DNA of 53,433 nt, counting the filler, from Nitrospiraceae bacterium (GTDB lineage Bacteria; Nitrospirota; Nitrospiria; Nitrospirales; UBA2166): NCBI GenBank assembly GCA_002726235.1. It is 3 parts of 3 records of this genome, joined end to end, with 100 filler letters (N's around TTAATTAATTAA, not from the genome) between each part and the next. Parts side by side here need not be neighbours in the genome. Positions count along the whole stretch, not along the records: positions 1 to 30,362 come from PBSN01000022.1; 2 more parts are not named here. One strand, written 5' to 3'. Of this stretch, positions 19,837 through 29,045 are shown piece by piece. Under the pieces are notes generated by a model. It did no database searches. It was not told where the DNA came from and worked only from the letters and a program-made list of their open reading frames with translations. Every line of letters begins with the position of its first letter. The stretch's first letter is position 1. The position numbers and the translations under genes are program-made.

Positions 19837-20261
19837 GGGCAGGGGAGCGAAGGAAGAAAATCGCGTGGTGACGATAGCAAATACTCGCTAGAGACCAGAG
19901 GTGGCCTCACAATCGCTTCCACTCTTCCCTTCTCAGTATCGATTAGACTCTTCGATTTCAGAACAAATCGCTTATACAGAAACGATCATAGCGATGTCCA
20001 ATCGACCGAGTCAAACACACAGAACAACGGCACCATCCATATCCACATTCACTCGTACAGCATGAATGCTTTGATAACGACGACTTGTACGCACTCTCCC
20101 GATTAATTGCGTATTAAACTTCCTTGTATTTTTTACTATAATGGTATATCGTTGCGCGGCGCTGAGGTTGCCGTTTTTTGATTTGAGCCGTTGACGGCCC
20201 TCCAAATCGATCTAAATCCGACGTAAACGCAGTATGTGTTAGCGATGGAAGGAGTGCGGAG

Positions 20262-21077
20262 ATGAGGAGTATGGTGTTAGCGCTAATGATGGTGTTCGTA
20301 GGTGTATCTGTTCATGCAGAGAAGTCTGCTGTCGCAGACTGGGGATACCAGGGAAAGAGTGGTCCCGAACACTGGGGAAGTCTTGGAGCATCGTTTTCCC
20401 TTTGCAACACAGGGATGGCTCAATCACCAATCGACATGGTAAGCACTCATTTGATTGAGTTGGATGACATCAAATTTTCCTATGTCGACGCCCCTTTCCA
20501 CGTGATTAACAATGGCCACACACTAGAAGAGATTGAGCCGATTTCCCCTATGGTGAACTCTCGATATCCTCAGCATGGTCAGACCGCAAACCATTTCTCC
20601 AATGATAGTACTATTACATTTGATGGTGACCTGTACCTGCTTGAGCAATTCCATTTTCATACCCCGAGTGAGCATACCCTGAATCATCAACATTTTGCGA
20701 TGGAAATGCACCTTGTCCATCACAATGCACGGCATGAATCGGCAGTCATCGCGGTATTCATGAAAGAGGGAAAACACAATCAGGTATTTCAAGAATTTTT
20801 AGACCATGCCCCCACCCAAGTAGGTGGCGTTATAGACGACCATGAGCATACACTAAACCCCAAACATCTCTTGCCGAAGAATCACTCCTATTATCGATAC
20901 TTTGGATCGTTTACCACTCCTCCCTGCTCTGAGGGCGTCATTTGGGCTATCATGCACGATCCCATTGAGATCTCGACCGAACAGATTCGTCAGTTCACAC
21001 GTCTTTTGGGCCACACCAATATACGCCCAACGCAACCTCTTCATAAGCGATTTGTCTTGGAATCGAAGCCTAACTAG
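20262..21077 (+). CDS. cah: Alpha-class carbonic anhydrase, exported
   Basis: Signal peptide (VHA-E), WGY, GPEHWG, QSPID, NNGHT, Zn ligands in QFHFHTPSEH and EMHLVH, GSFTTPPCSEGVIW, NIRPTQP. Confidence 0.95.
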   Translation: MRSMVLALMMVFVGVSVHAEKSAVADWGYQGKSGPEHWGSLGASFSLCNTGMAQSPIDMVSTHLIELDDIKFSYVDAPFHVINNGHTLEEIEPISPMVNSRYPQHGQTANHFSNDSTITFDGDLYLLEQFHFHTPSEHTLNHQHFAMEMHLVHHNARHESAVIAVFMKEGKHNQVFQEFLDHAPTQVGGVIDDHEHTLNPKHLLPKNHSYYRYFGSFTTPPCSEGVIWAIMHDPIEISTEQIRQFTRLLGHTNIRPTQPLHKRFVLESKPN

Positions 21078-21205
21078 CTCCAGAAGGAGGGAAGTGAATA
21101 GTCGACAGCACTTGCGAGTCAGCGAGTATTTGCTGCCGACAGTCAATCTTCTCCTTTCGTGATTGGTGGTGTGCCTCTTTACGTTTTAATTTGACGGAGG
21201 ACGAT

Positions 21206-22096
21206 ATGCGTATAGTTGTTGGAATAAGTAGCGACGATCAGACATTTTCTCTCCTGCGCGTAGCCGCTCAACTCTATCCCCAGGCGGCATTCACATTGGT
21301 ACACGCGATCGATCACGGGCTCACACGATATCCAACTCTCGGAACCAAGGCTCGGGATAAGGTGCACGAGGAAATGTCTCCTCTCCTAGACGCCGGGCAC
21401 ACACTCCTAGAGAAGGCGGCAAAGTCTATCCCGGCTGACCTAAACATCACGCCTGAGACCGCGTGCAGCCTTGGAAATCCATCACGTCTGATTATCAAGG
21501 CTGCGGAGAAGAAAGCAGCTGACTTGATTATCATTGGCTCACGTGAGCACCAGCACGAGGAGAGAGAGTTCACACTCGGCTCCACCTCCCACCAAACCGC
21601 AAGCCATGCTCCTTGCGCGACATTGACCATTAAAAACACCCAGATAACTCAGATCCGTCGCGCATTGATCGCCGTTAAATCGCCTGACGACAGCGCGCAA
21701 ATTTATCGCTGGCTTGCGTCTAACCCATTTCATAGCCCAGTCGAGGTGACTATACTGCATGTTGTGCCAGCACTTCACTCGTATCTCGCGAATCACGCAC
21801 TGGCTCAGTACGATCAATGGCATGACTTTTTACATAATGATTCGATGGGGTCGGGACAAGATTTCGTGGATAACGTCTCAGCAATGTTCACTAAACCACC
21901 AGCAAGCAACCATTACAAGGCGCACGGACAGATTGCCAATGGCGATCCTGCAGACATCATTATCAAGGAAGCAGCCCAGTATGACCTGGTGATTGTAGGA
22001 TCCTCTGGTGCCTTGAGCGCAATTCGGTTCCTCTACGGAAGCGTCGTACAGAAAGTCATCCATCGTATCTCCATTCCCATCATGATCACCGGATAG
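21206..22096 (+). CDS. Universal stress protein, two USP domains
   Basis: GNPSRLII...ADLIIIGSR...LGST and GDPADIII...DLVIVGS...YGSVVQKV. GGAGG precedes ATG 21206. Confidence 0.88.
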   Translation: MRIVVGISSDDQTFSLLRVAAQLYPQAAFTLVHAIDHGLTRYPTLGTKARDKVHEEMSPLLDAGHTLLEKAAKSIPADLNITPETACSLGNPSRLIIKAAEKKAADLIIIGSREHQHEEREFTLGSTSHQTASHAPCATLTIKNTQITQIRRALIAVKSPDDSAQIYRWLASNPFHSPVEVTILHVVPALHSYLANHALAQYDQWHDFLHNDSMGSGQDFVDNVSAMFTKPPASNHYKAHGQIANGDPADIIIKEAAQYDLVIVGSSGALSAIRFLYGSVVQKVIHRISIPIMITG

Positions 22097-22412
22097 GAGA
22101 AGCTTCTCTCGTTAACCCGTAACACTATACGAATGTTTCGCCGGAAACATTGCGTACACCCCGATTCAACATCTTCCGTGTTTACTACCCGCAAACAGTA
22201 TTGTTCGCACAAATAACATTTGTGAGACACCTGCTTGCATTTTTATTCCGAAGGGTATATTGACTGTTGGATTATGTATTTCCTGCACTCTGCGCTCTCA
22301 CTCAATCTCCCCTATAGGCGTGGGAAGGGAACATGAGTACATCATGAGTACATGTAGCGACACACTAAACGACGCCGTATTTAAAAGTAGCGAGGAACCT
22401 CGTCGTCGACTC

Positions 22413-23474
22413 ATGAGATCGAAATTTCAGCCACGGAGTACGGGAGCACTTGTCTCGACACTCTTGCTCGTCAGCGGGCTGTTTATAATCAGCACATCAA
22501 CCACCTATGCATCTCACCTTGGGCAGTCGCCATCGCGTGCTGCACTAGTCGACCCTGTTCCTTCAAATCCCGTGAGCGGACGGGCTGTTTCGATTGAAAC
22601 ACTTACTACTGCAGATGTCTTGGCTCGCGTCAACCTCGTTCGTGCTACGCTTGACCAGATCCGCATCGAAATGGGCCAACCGAAAGATCAGCGGGTAGAG
22701 ATTGTGGCAAGCAACGTCACGCCACGTGAAGCGGTGTTTAAAGCATTCACGTTGCTTCGCAAAGCGAACCATTTACGCTTCGAAGTCACAGGGACCATAA
22801 CCCCTGAAAAGCAGATCGCTATCCCACACGACATTCATCCACTTCACACATGGAGAATCGTGAATGCGGCTTACGGCCCTCTCCTCACCGTAAAACACAC
22901 CCTTGGGATTCACGAACAAATCAAAGAGCAGCAGCAAACAGCCGGTGTGACGCCGAGCACTCTGTTTCGCGCTATGGCAGCAGCCAACCGTCAGTTTGAT
23001 ACGTTGTTCATGCAAGGGGTTTCATCCAATAACACCGTGCAGCAAGTGGCATTGGCCAGCGGTCATACAATGCGCCTGTTAGAGCAGTTTCCACAACGTG
23101 TCCCGGTGTCGACGATGCCGGAATTCGAACGTGGCAAGCAACCGGGTGAGGTGCATGCCCTCCTTGTACGGGCGTACGAGAAAGTCCGCGCAATCGCCAC
23201 AGCATCAGGGGTGCCGACCATGAAACTTGAGGTTGTTCCCTCGAAACGATCCCACATAATCACCGCCAGCGATGTCTTTGACGTAGCCATTATCCTCGTA
23301 TCTCAATTGGCATATCTCCATGGACAGCTTCAGGATACCGACCCAACTGGCATAAGCTTTGACCCCGGCTACAAGGTTGCGTCACACGTTTATCAACAGG
23401 CCTCATTGCTGCTGGCCCAACTCACCACCTTAGAGTTGTATGTGAATGAAAATCCAGAATGGCTTGTTCGCTGA
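22413..23474 (+). CDS. Hypothetical exported protein with about eight helical repeats
   Basis: Signal peptide ending TYA-S and recurring TP/TA-x-D/E-V capped amphipathic helices. The ORF track allows upstream starts from 22260. Confidence 0.7.
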   Translation: MRSKFQPRSTGALVSTLLLVSGLFIISTSTTYASHLGQSPSRAALVDPVPSNPVSGRAVSIETLTTADVLARVNLVRATLDQIRIEMGQPKDQRVEIVASNVTPREAVFKAFTLLRKANHLRFEVTGTITPEKQIAIPHDIHPLHTWRIVNAAYGPLLTVKHTLGIHEQIKEQQQTAGVTPSTLFRAMAAANRQFDTLFMQGVSSNNTVQQVALASGHTMRLLEQFPQRVPVSTMPEFERGKQPGEVHALLVRAYEKVRAIATASGVPTMKLEVVPSKRSHIITASDVFDVAIILVSQLAYLHGQLQDTDPTGISFDPGYKVASHVYQQASLLLAQLTTLELYVNENPEWLVR

Positions 23475-23538
23475 TGCTTTTCCACGATGCATCACCATCC
23501 ACGCCCACGTGGAACCTAAAGGAAAGTAGGAAACCAAA

Positions 23539-26500
23539 GTGAGTACGGCGCAGACTTCCGAACATCGCACAGTAGGTGCAAACGCAGGAGCCGTCTCCTC
23601 TTCTATGCTAACCGAGGCAGAGTGCGAGAAGCTTCGAGTTCTAGTATCACAGGCGGCCGAGGTCATTTCCCCAAACTGGCCAATGCGAACGTTTGCTTAT
23701 CGCAATTCCTTGATGGGGTTTGAGCATCTGCACTTTCATGACGCGATCTCGCACGCGAAGGACCTGCTGGGAGGAGAAGGCTATCTTTCGATTGCAGAGT
23801 ATCGCGCGTGCTACGCCGCAGGCCGGATTTCCGAGAAAGAACTTCTGGACGCTCTGCGCTCGAGGGAACCAACGCTTGCAACGCAGGACAGCATTCGTGT
23901 TGGAAAGCAAAGTTTTCACCCTGAAACAATTCTTCTGCCTCACTTTGTATACGGTATCGATTCGCTCAATCCCAAATTGTTGCAGTGGCAATTAACGGAG
24001 GGAAATGCTTCTCGCCGTATCCGTCCTGATGTTCCCCAGACCATCAAGGATCAGCTGCTAGCATACGACGAGGAAGAGTTCTACATCCATTTGCTGTGGT
24101 CCAAGAGCTTGGAAGCACTTGCGATCTCTGAAGATGGATTGCCTGAATCCTACAAACATGCCGCCACTGAAGACACGGCGCACTCGACCCACCAGAGCAT
24201 CCGTACCGCAGCTGAGATCCTCGACGATCTTATCAACTCTGATCTGAACCGAGATATCAATGAACACATGGTCAAATGGTGCGCGGCATTTGCAGATGAA
24301 GGCATGGCAGATTGGTCAATGCCTTCACGTACAGACGGATTTTATGCCGCTTGGAAAAATATTGCTCGCCGCGAAGCATTCCGGTGGACCCTGGGAAGTT
24401 CTTCCTCAGCACAAGGAATGCGGACGCTCCCTGAACGCCCTGAAGACGCTATCGCGTTAAGCTTTGCCCTCCTGAGAATCCCCGAGCAACATCAGGAACA
24501 GTACCTACGTCGGCACCTCAGCCAGCTACCAGGCTGGACAGGCTATATTCGCTGGAGATCAAAGAATCCTGATTATCCTGAACAAGGCCGTCACCCAATT
24601 GATCCGCTGGAATACCTGGCCGTACGAATGTTTTACGAGGTTGAGCTGGCCAAAATAGTTTGTCAGCGCACATGGGGCATTAACCCAGAACTTCCCGATC
24701 TCATCGCACGTGCCCAATCCAAGAAGCTGGAGAACTCCGACGCTCATGCTCATGACTTGTACACAGAAGCGGTTTGCCAGGACGCTTGGCGTCTCTTCCA
24801 TCTGGCACAGTTCCTCGATATTCACCCGGAAGATCTTCAAACGTTGTCGCCAGAAGATGCTAGATCACTGCTATCCTGGCTCAACCGATTTCCGACTGAC
24901 GTACTCCGCCCTATCTGGCACGAAGCCTACGAAGCACAGTATCGAAATTCCCTGCTTACGCGACTGATTAGTCATCGTCAGAGACCTGGATACAACGAGA
25001 GCACCCAACATCCGAGACCGCGAGTGAACGCCGTATTCTGTATCGACGCTCGCTCCGAGTCTTTTCGTCGCCACTTGGAAGCCCAAGGTGGATATGCCAC
25101 GATCGGGTTCGCTGGATTCTTCGGGACGCCAATCTACTACCGGCTACTCGATCGAGAAGAAGAGTTGCTCCTTTGTCCTGTCCTGATCAAACCAAAATAC
25201 GAGGTGAGGGAGGGCCCGCGGTGGAATCAAGACCCCGAGGTACTCGAGTACATGCTTGGAGACCAGTGGAGTCGCTTTGGCCACCACCTCTTCCACCAAA
25301 TCAAATCAAACCCTACAAGTTCCTATCTCACATTCGACCTGTTTGGATTTGTGTTTGGGCTGGTAATGCTGGGAAAGACCTTGCTCCTAAAGCCCTATGA
25401 CCTTATTCGTGAATGGTTTCGTCGCTGGCTCGTTCCCCCGGTCGCAACCCAAATCCCAGTAGAGAAATTCCCTGAAGAAGAGCGTGAAGCCTTCATTGCT
25501 GGCAATCAACGAGCTCTTATCTCCGAGGCGTTCGAACACCGATTTAGCCACCGGCACGACGTGGTTGCACTCCCACAGAGCATCCTTGAAGCATTTCGCC
25601 TCGCTGCCCTTGGGGAGCCCGAAGATCGCAGTTATCGTACGACGCGACAAATTGCAGCCTCCGAACAACTAGGTCTTTCGGTAGACGAAGAGCAAGATTT
25701 TCTAGAGGAGCTCCGATCCGATCACGGGATTAACTCCCTTACCCACCAAGCACAGCTCAAATACTTTGCCGAACGCAGATTCTCCCCGGCAGAACAAGCA
25801 GCAGTAGTCGAAAACTCGCTCCGTGTTATGTGCCTAACCAAAGGATTCGCGCGATTGGTTCTTCTCTGCGCCCATGGAAGCACTACGGAGAACAATCCGT
25901 ATGCCTCCGCGTACCATTGTGGGGCATGTGGCGGAAACCCGGGGGGGCCGACTGCCAGAGTCCTGGCGTCCCTGGCCAACAGAGTGTCCGTCCGTCAAGA
26001 GCTATGGGATCTGGGGATCGAAATTCCCAACGACACGTGGTTCATTGCCGGTGAACACAATACAACTACGGATCGTGTCGCCTTGTTTGATTTAGAGGAA
26101 GTTCCCGAGGGACACCGACCGGATTTGCTCCAGTTGCAAAAGGATCTGGAAGCGGCTTGGCGCCGAAATACCCAAGAGCGCTGCAATCGTCTACCAAAAG
26201 CCCCCAGTCGATCACCATCAACGGCCACTGCCCGCCACACATGGAACTCGAGCCGTGACTGGGCTCAAGTCAGACCGGAGTGGGGACTCTCGAGCAACGC
26301 CGCTTTTGTGATTGGACGGCGCTCTCTCACGCAGGGCCTCACGCTTGACGGTCGATCCTTTCTTCACAATTACGACCAATCGCAAGACACAACAGGCAGG
26401 ACGCTGGAAACTATCATGACCGCTCCGTTGGTAGTTGTGCAAACAATCAACTCGCAATATTTTTTCTCTGCGACGGACACGTGGGCGTACGGATCCGGAA

Positions 26501-26820
26501 CCAAAGTCTTGCATAACGTCGTTAGTGGAGTCGGGGTGATGCTCGGAAGACACAGTGATCTACAAACAGGGTTTCCCCTACAATCCATGACAACGGGGGC
26601 CTCTCGATTTCATGAGCCACTTCGTATCCTTGCAATCATCGAGGCAGACACGGAAAGAATTTCCTCCATCATTTCCCGTCATGAGGTACTTCAGAGATTT
26701 TTCACCAATGAGTGGATGTACCTTGTCTCTTGCTGTCCTACAACAGGAACATTTTCTCAATATCACCCGGAAGGAACCTGGAAAATGATTGCATCGCCAA
26801 TTAGCCAGGACAAGAGCTAA
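23539..26820 (+). CDS. dabA: DUF2309 inorganic carbon transporter subunit DabA (beta-CA-like)
   Basis: ISPNWPMRTF, LPGWTGYIRWR, Zn-site motifs FCIDARSESFRRHLE, GFAGFFG, CAHGS, NNPYAS, CGACGG, HNTTTD, DWAQVRPEWGL, GRSFLHNYD, GSGTKVLHNV, HEPLR. Confidence 0.95.
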   Translation: MSTAQTSEHRTVGANAGAVSSSMLTEAECEKLRVLVSQAAEVISPNWPMRTFAYRNSLMGFEHLHFHDAISHAKDLLGGEGYLSIAEYRACYAAGRISEKELLDALRSREPTLATQDSIRVGKQSFHPETILLPHFVYGIDSLNPKLLQWQLTEGNASRRIRPDVPQTIKDQLLAYDEEEFYIHLLWSKSLEALAISEDGLPESYKHAATEDTAHSTHQSIRTAAEILDDLINSDLNRDINEHMVKWCAAFADEGMADWSMPSRTDGFYAAWKNIARREAFRWTLGSSSSAQGMRTLPERPEDAIALSFALLRIPEQHQEQYLRRHLSQLPGWTGYIRWRSKNPDYPEQGRHPIDPLEYLAVRMFYEVELAKIVCQRTWGINPELPDLIARAQSKKLENSDAHAHDLYTEAVCQDAWRLFHLAQFLDIHPEDLQTLSPEDARSLLSWLNRFPTDVLRPIWHEAYEAQYRNSLLTRLISHRQRPGYNESTQHPRPRVNAVFCIDARSESFRRHLEAQGGYATIGFAGFFGTPIYYRLLDREEELLLCPVLIKPKYEVREGPRWNQDPEVLEYMLGDQWSRFGHHLFHQIKSNPTSSYLTFDLFGFVFGLVMLGKTLLLKPYDLIREWFRRWLVPPVATQIPVEKFPEEEREAFIAGNQRALISEAFEHRFSHRHDVVALPQSILEAFRLAALGEPEDRSYRTTRQIAASEQLGLSVDEEQDFLEELRSDHGINSLTHQAQLKYFAERRFSPAEQAAVVENSLRVMCLTKGFARLVLLCAHGSTTENNPYASAYHCGACGGNPGGPTARVLASLANRVSVRQELWDLGIEIPNDTWFIAGEHNTTTDRVALFDLEEVPEGHRPDLLQLQKDLEAAWRRNTQERCNRLPKAPSRSPSTATARHTWNSSRDWAQVRPEWGLSSNAAFVIGRRSLTQGLTLDGRSFLHNYDQSQDTTGRTLETIMTAPLVVVQTINSQYFFSATDTWAYGSGTKVLHNVVSGVGVMLGRHSDLQTGFPLQSMTTGASRFHEPLRILAIIEADTERISSIISRHEVLQRFFTNEWMYLVSCCPTTGTFSQYHPEGTWKMIASPISQDKS

Positions 26821-26831
26821 CTAGACGCATC

Positions 26832-29045
26832 ATGGTAGACTTCGCGTACATTCTTATCCCGATTCTCCCCCTTGCGGCTTTCTTGATCATTGCGCTGGGT
26901 AGTCGATGGCTGGGCGAGGCAAGCCATCGGTTGGCTATCCCAGCAGTCTCCACTTCATTCATTCTTTCGATTCTTGCCTGTATTGACGTGTACCAAAACG
27001 GCCCTAGGTCGATCCCGCTATATTCCCTTATCAGCGAAGGCGCCTTGACCATCAACGTGAATCTCTATGTCGACGCGATCACAGCAATGCTGCTGCTGCT
27101 TATCACTGGAGTGAGCAGTCTCGTTCACGTCTTTTCCAGCCGGTACATGCAAGCGGATCCGCGTTACGCCCGTTTCTTTGCTGTAATCGCACTCTTTACT
27201 TCTGCCATGATCATGTTAGTCATGAGCGGAAATCTCCTGATTTTATTCATGTTCTGGGAGATCATGGGCCTGTGTTCTTACTTGCTAATTTCCCATTGGT
27301 CTCGCCGTCCGTCAGCCTGCAACGCCGCAACAAAAGCCTTTCTGGTGAATGCGGTGGCAGATATCGGCCTCGTGTTTGGAATATACCTGACGTGGGATAC
27401 TTTCGGCACTCTTGATATTCAGACGATCCTGTCCACTGTATCAAACTACACCGATCAGACAGTCAACCTCCTTGGATTTATTGGTCTCGAGTGGCAAGTC
27501 CCTATCCTCTCCATCATTGCATTACTGCTGCTCATGGGCCCTATTGGAAAGTCCGCGCAGATTCCGCTTCACGTCTGGCTTCCATTTGCAATGGAAGCTC
27601 CGACTCCGGTGTCTGCACTCATCCACGCGGCAACTATGGTCAACGCAGGTGTGTATCTCCTGATCCGGATGGGACCACTTTATCTTTTGACTCCGTCCAT
27701 CATGACTGTAGTGGCGATCGTCGGTGGTTTGACCGCCCTCTTTGCCGCTGTGGTGGCTCTCACCCAATTTGATATCAAGCGCATTCTGGCGTATTCAACA
27801 ATCAGCCAACTCGGGTTTATGGTTCTCGCGTGTGGGGTCGGCGCTTATGGCGCCGCTATTTTTCATCTCCTCACCCATGGAGCCATGAAGAGTTTTCTGT
27901 TTCTCTCCGCAGGCAACGCTCTTGAAAGTCTCGGGAAGTCTCACCATGGCACCCACGAAGGCACCCACAGCCCCCCCCGTACACAAAACACACGGCACCT
28001 CTTTCCTCTCTACGCCGGATCATTTATCCTGGCGTTGATCCCTCCCCTCATTATTTTCTCTGGTCCTTATGAACAGCTGTGGACCGTCTCGGGGCTTGTC
28101 CAAGCCCAAGTCCTTTTCTGGATCCTTGGGTTGGCAACCGTGTTTTTCGCGGGCTTCTATTTGTTTCAGGGAATACTAGAACTCTTCAAGCCGCCCGGTC
28201 GCATCGACTGGTACAAGGGATTTCGTCTAGGCATGCTGCGACCCCGCATTTTTTCGGCCTCGCTGCTTCTTGGACTCATTCCCATGACGGCCGGGCTAGC
28301 TGTTTTTCTCATCCTCGTCTGGAATGGTTTTCTCGAATTCATCTCTCCAGCTCTCCCAGTGGGAGATTTGGATCATGCACCAACCCCGACCGCACACATG
28401 TTCTCTCTCGACTACGGGTTGAGATTTCCTGGGACAACCCATGCTGAGCTAGTACCCTCGACCGCGACATCGCCACTCATGAGCATGAGCATCGGCTTTG
28501 GTGTCGCAATAGCCGGCTGGGCGACAGCGTTCTATGCCTATATGTTCCCACCACGCCTCTCACCCCGATGGAAAGAATACAAAAAAACGCTCTATGTATT
28601 CTTTCTGAACAAAGGCTACTTCGACGAAATGTATGAGGTCGTATTCATTCGCCCCAGCTTGCGGCTTACCTCATGGCTCTGGCGAGTTGTCGATAGAGGG
28701 ATTGACCAAACATACATGGCAGCAGCCGGCACCTCCGCCCAGACGGCCCGTTGGCTCTGGCAAGTTGTCGATAGAGGGATTGACCAAACATACATGGCAG
28801 CAGCCGGCACCTCCGCCCATATAGCCCGCTCACTATGGAAAGGGGTAGATGTAAATCTCATCGACCGACCTGCCAACAAGTTTGCAACCATATCATTTGA
28901 AATCGCAACGAAAATTTCGAAAGTCTTTTCCGTTAAGAAAGACGCTGAACCTAAGCTATCCCGAATTCTTTTGGTGTTTCTTGGTGTGCTTCTTGTTCTG
29001 GTCGTGGTCATTGAGTTCTTGTTCTCACAGATCATGAAAGGATGA
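26832..29045 (+). CDS. dabB: NuoL-like antiporter-family membrane subunit paired with DabA (DabB equivalent)
   Basis: FWEIMGLCSYLLI, GKSAQIPLHVWLP, MEAPTPVSALIHAATMV, DIKRILAYSTISQLG, FHLLTHGAMKS, NKGYFDEMY. Starts 11 nt after dabA. Confidence 0.85.
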   Translation: MVDFAYILIPILPLAAFLIIALGSRWLGEASHRLAIPAVSTSFILSILACIDVYQNGPRSIPLYSLISEGALTINVNLYVDAITAMLLLLITGVSSLVHVFSSRYMQADPRYARFFAVIALFTSAMIMLVMSGNLLILFMFWEIMGLCSYLLISHWSRRPSACNAATKAFLVNAVADIGLVFGIYLTWDTFGTLDIQTILSTVSNYTDQTVNLLGFIGLEWQVPILSIIALLLLMGPIGKSAQIPLHVWLPFAMEAPTPVSALIHAATMVNAGVYLLIRMGPLYLLTPSIMTVVAIVGGLTALFAAVVALTQFDIKRILAYSTISQLGFMVLACGVGAYGAAIFHLLTHGAMKSFLFLSAGNALESLGKSHHGTHEGTHSPPRTQNTRHLFPLYAGSFILALIPPLIIFSGPYEQLWTVSGLVQAQVLFWILGLATVFFAGFYLFQGILELFKPPGRIDWYKGFRLGMLRPRIFSASLLLGLIPMTAGLAVFLILVWNGFLEFISPALPVGDLDHAPTPTAHMFSLDYGLRFPGTTHAELVPSTATSPLMSMSIGFGVAIAGWATAFYAYMFPPRLSPRWKEYKKTLYVFFLNKGYFDEMYEVVFIRPSLRLTSWLWRVVDRGIDQTYMAAAGTSAQTARWLWQVVDRGIDQTYMAAAGTSAHIARSLWKGVDVNLIDRPANKFATISFEIATKISKVFSVKKDAEPKLSRILLVFLGVLLVLVVVIEFLFSQIMKG
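28674..28829 (+). repeat. In-frame 78-bp tandem duplication (2 x 26 codons) in the NuoL-like transverse helix
   Basis: Copies 28674-28751 and 28752-28829 match at 73 of 78 nt and encode WLWRVVDRGIDQTYMAAAGTSAQTAR and WLWQVVDRGIDQTYMAAAGTSAHIAR. Confidence 0.95.

Noticed and set aside
23501..23516. CCACGTGGAAC as a further parS
   Set aside because: Only 11 of 16 positions match and the left arm is absent.
28674..28829. 78-bp duplication as a CRISPR unit or pure assembly artefact
   Set aside because: It is in frame within a gene, has no spacer, and the copies differ at 5 positions, which argues against a simple artefact. A read check is still advised.
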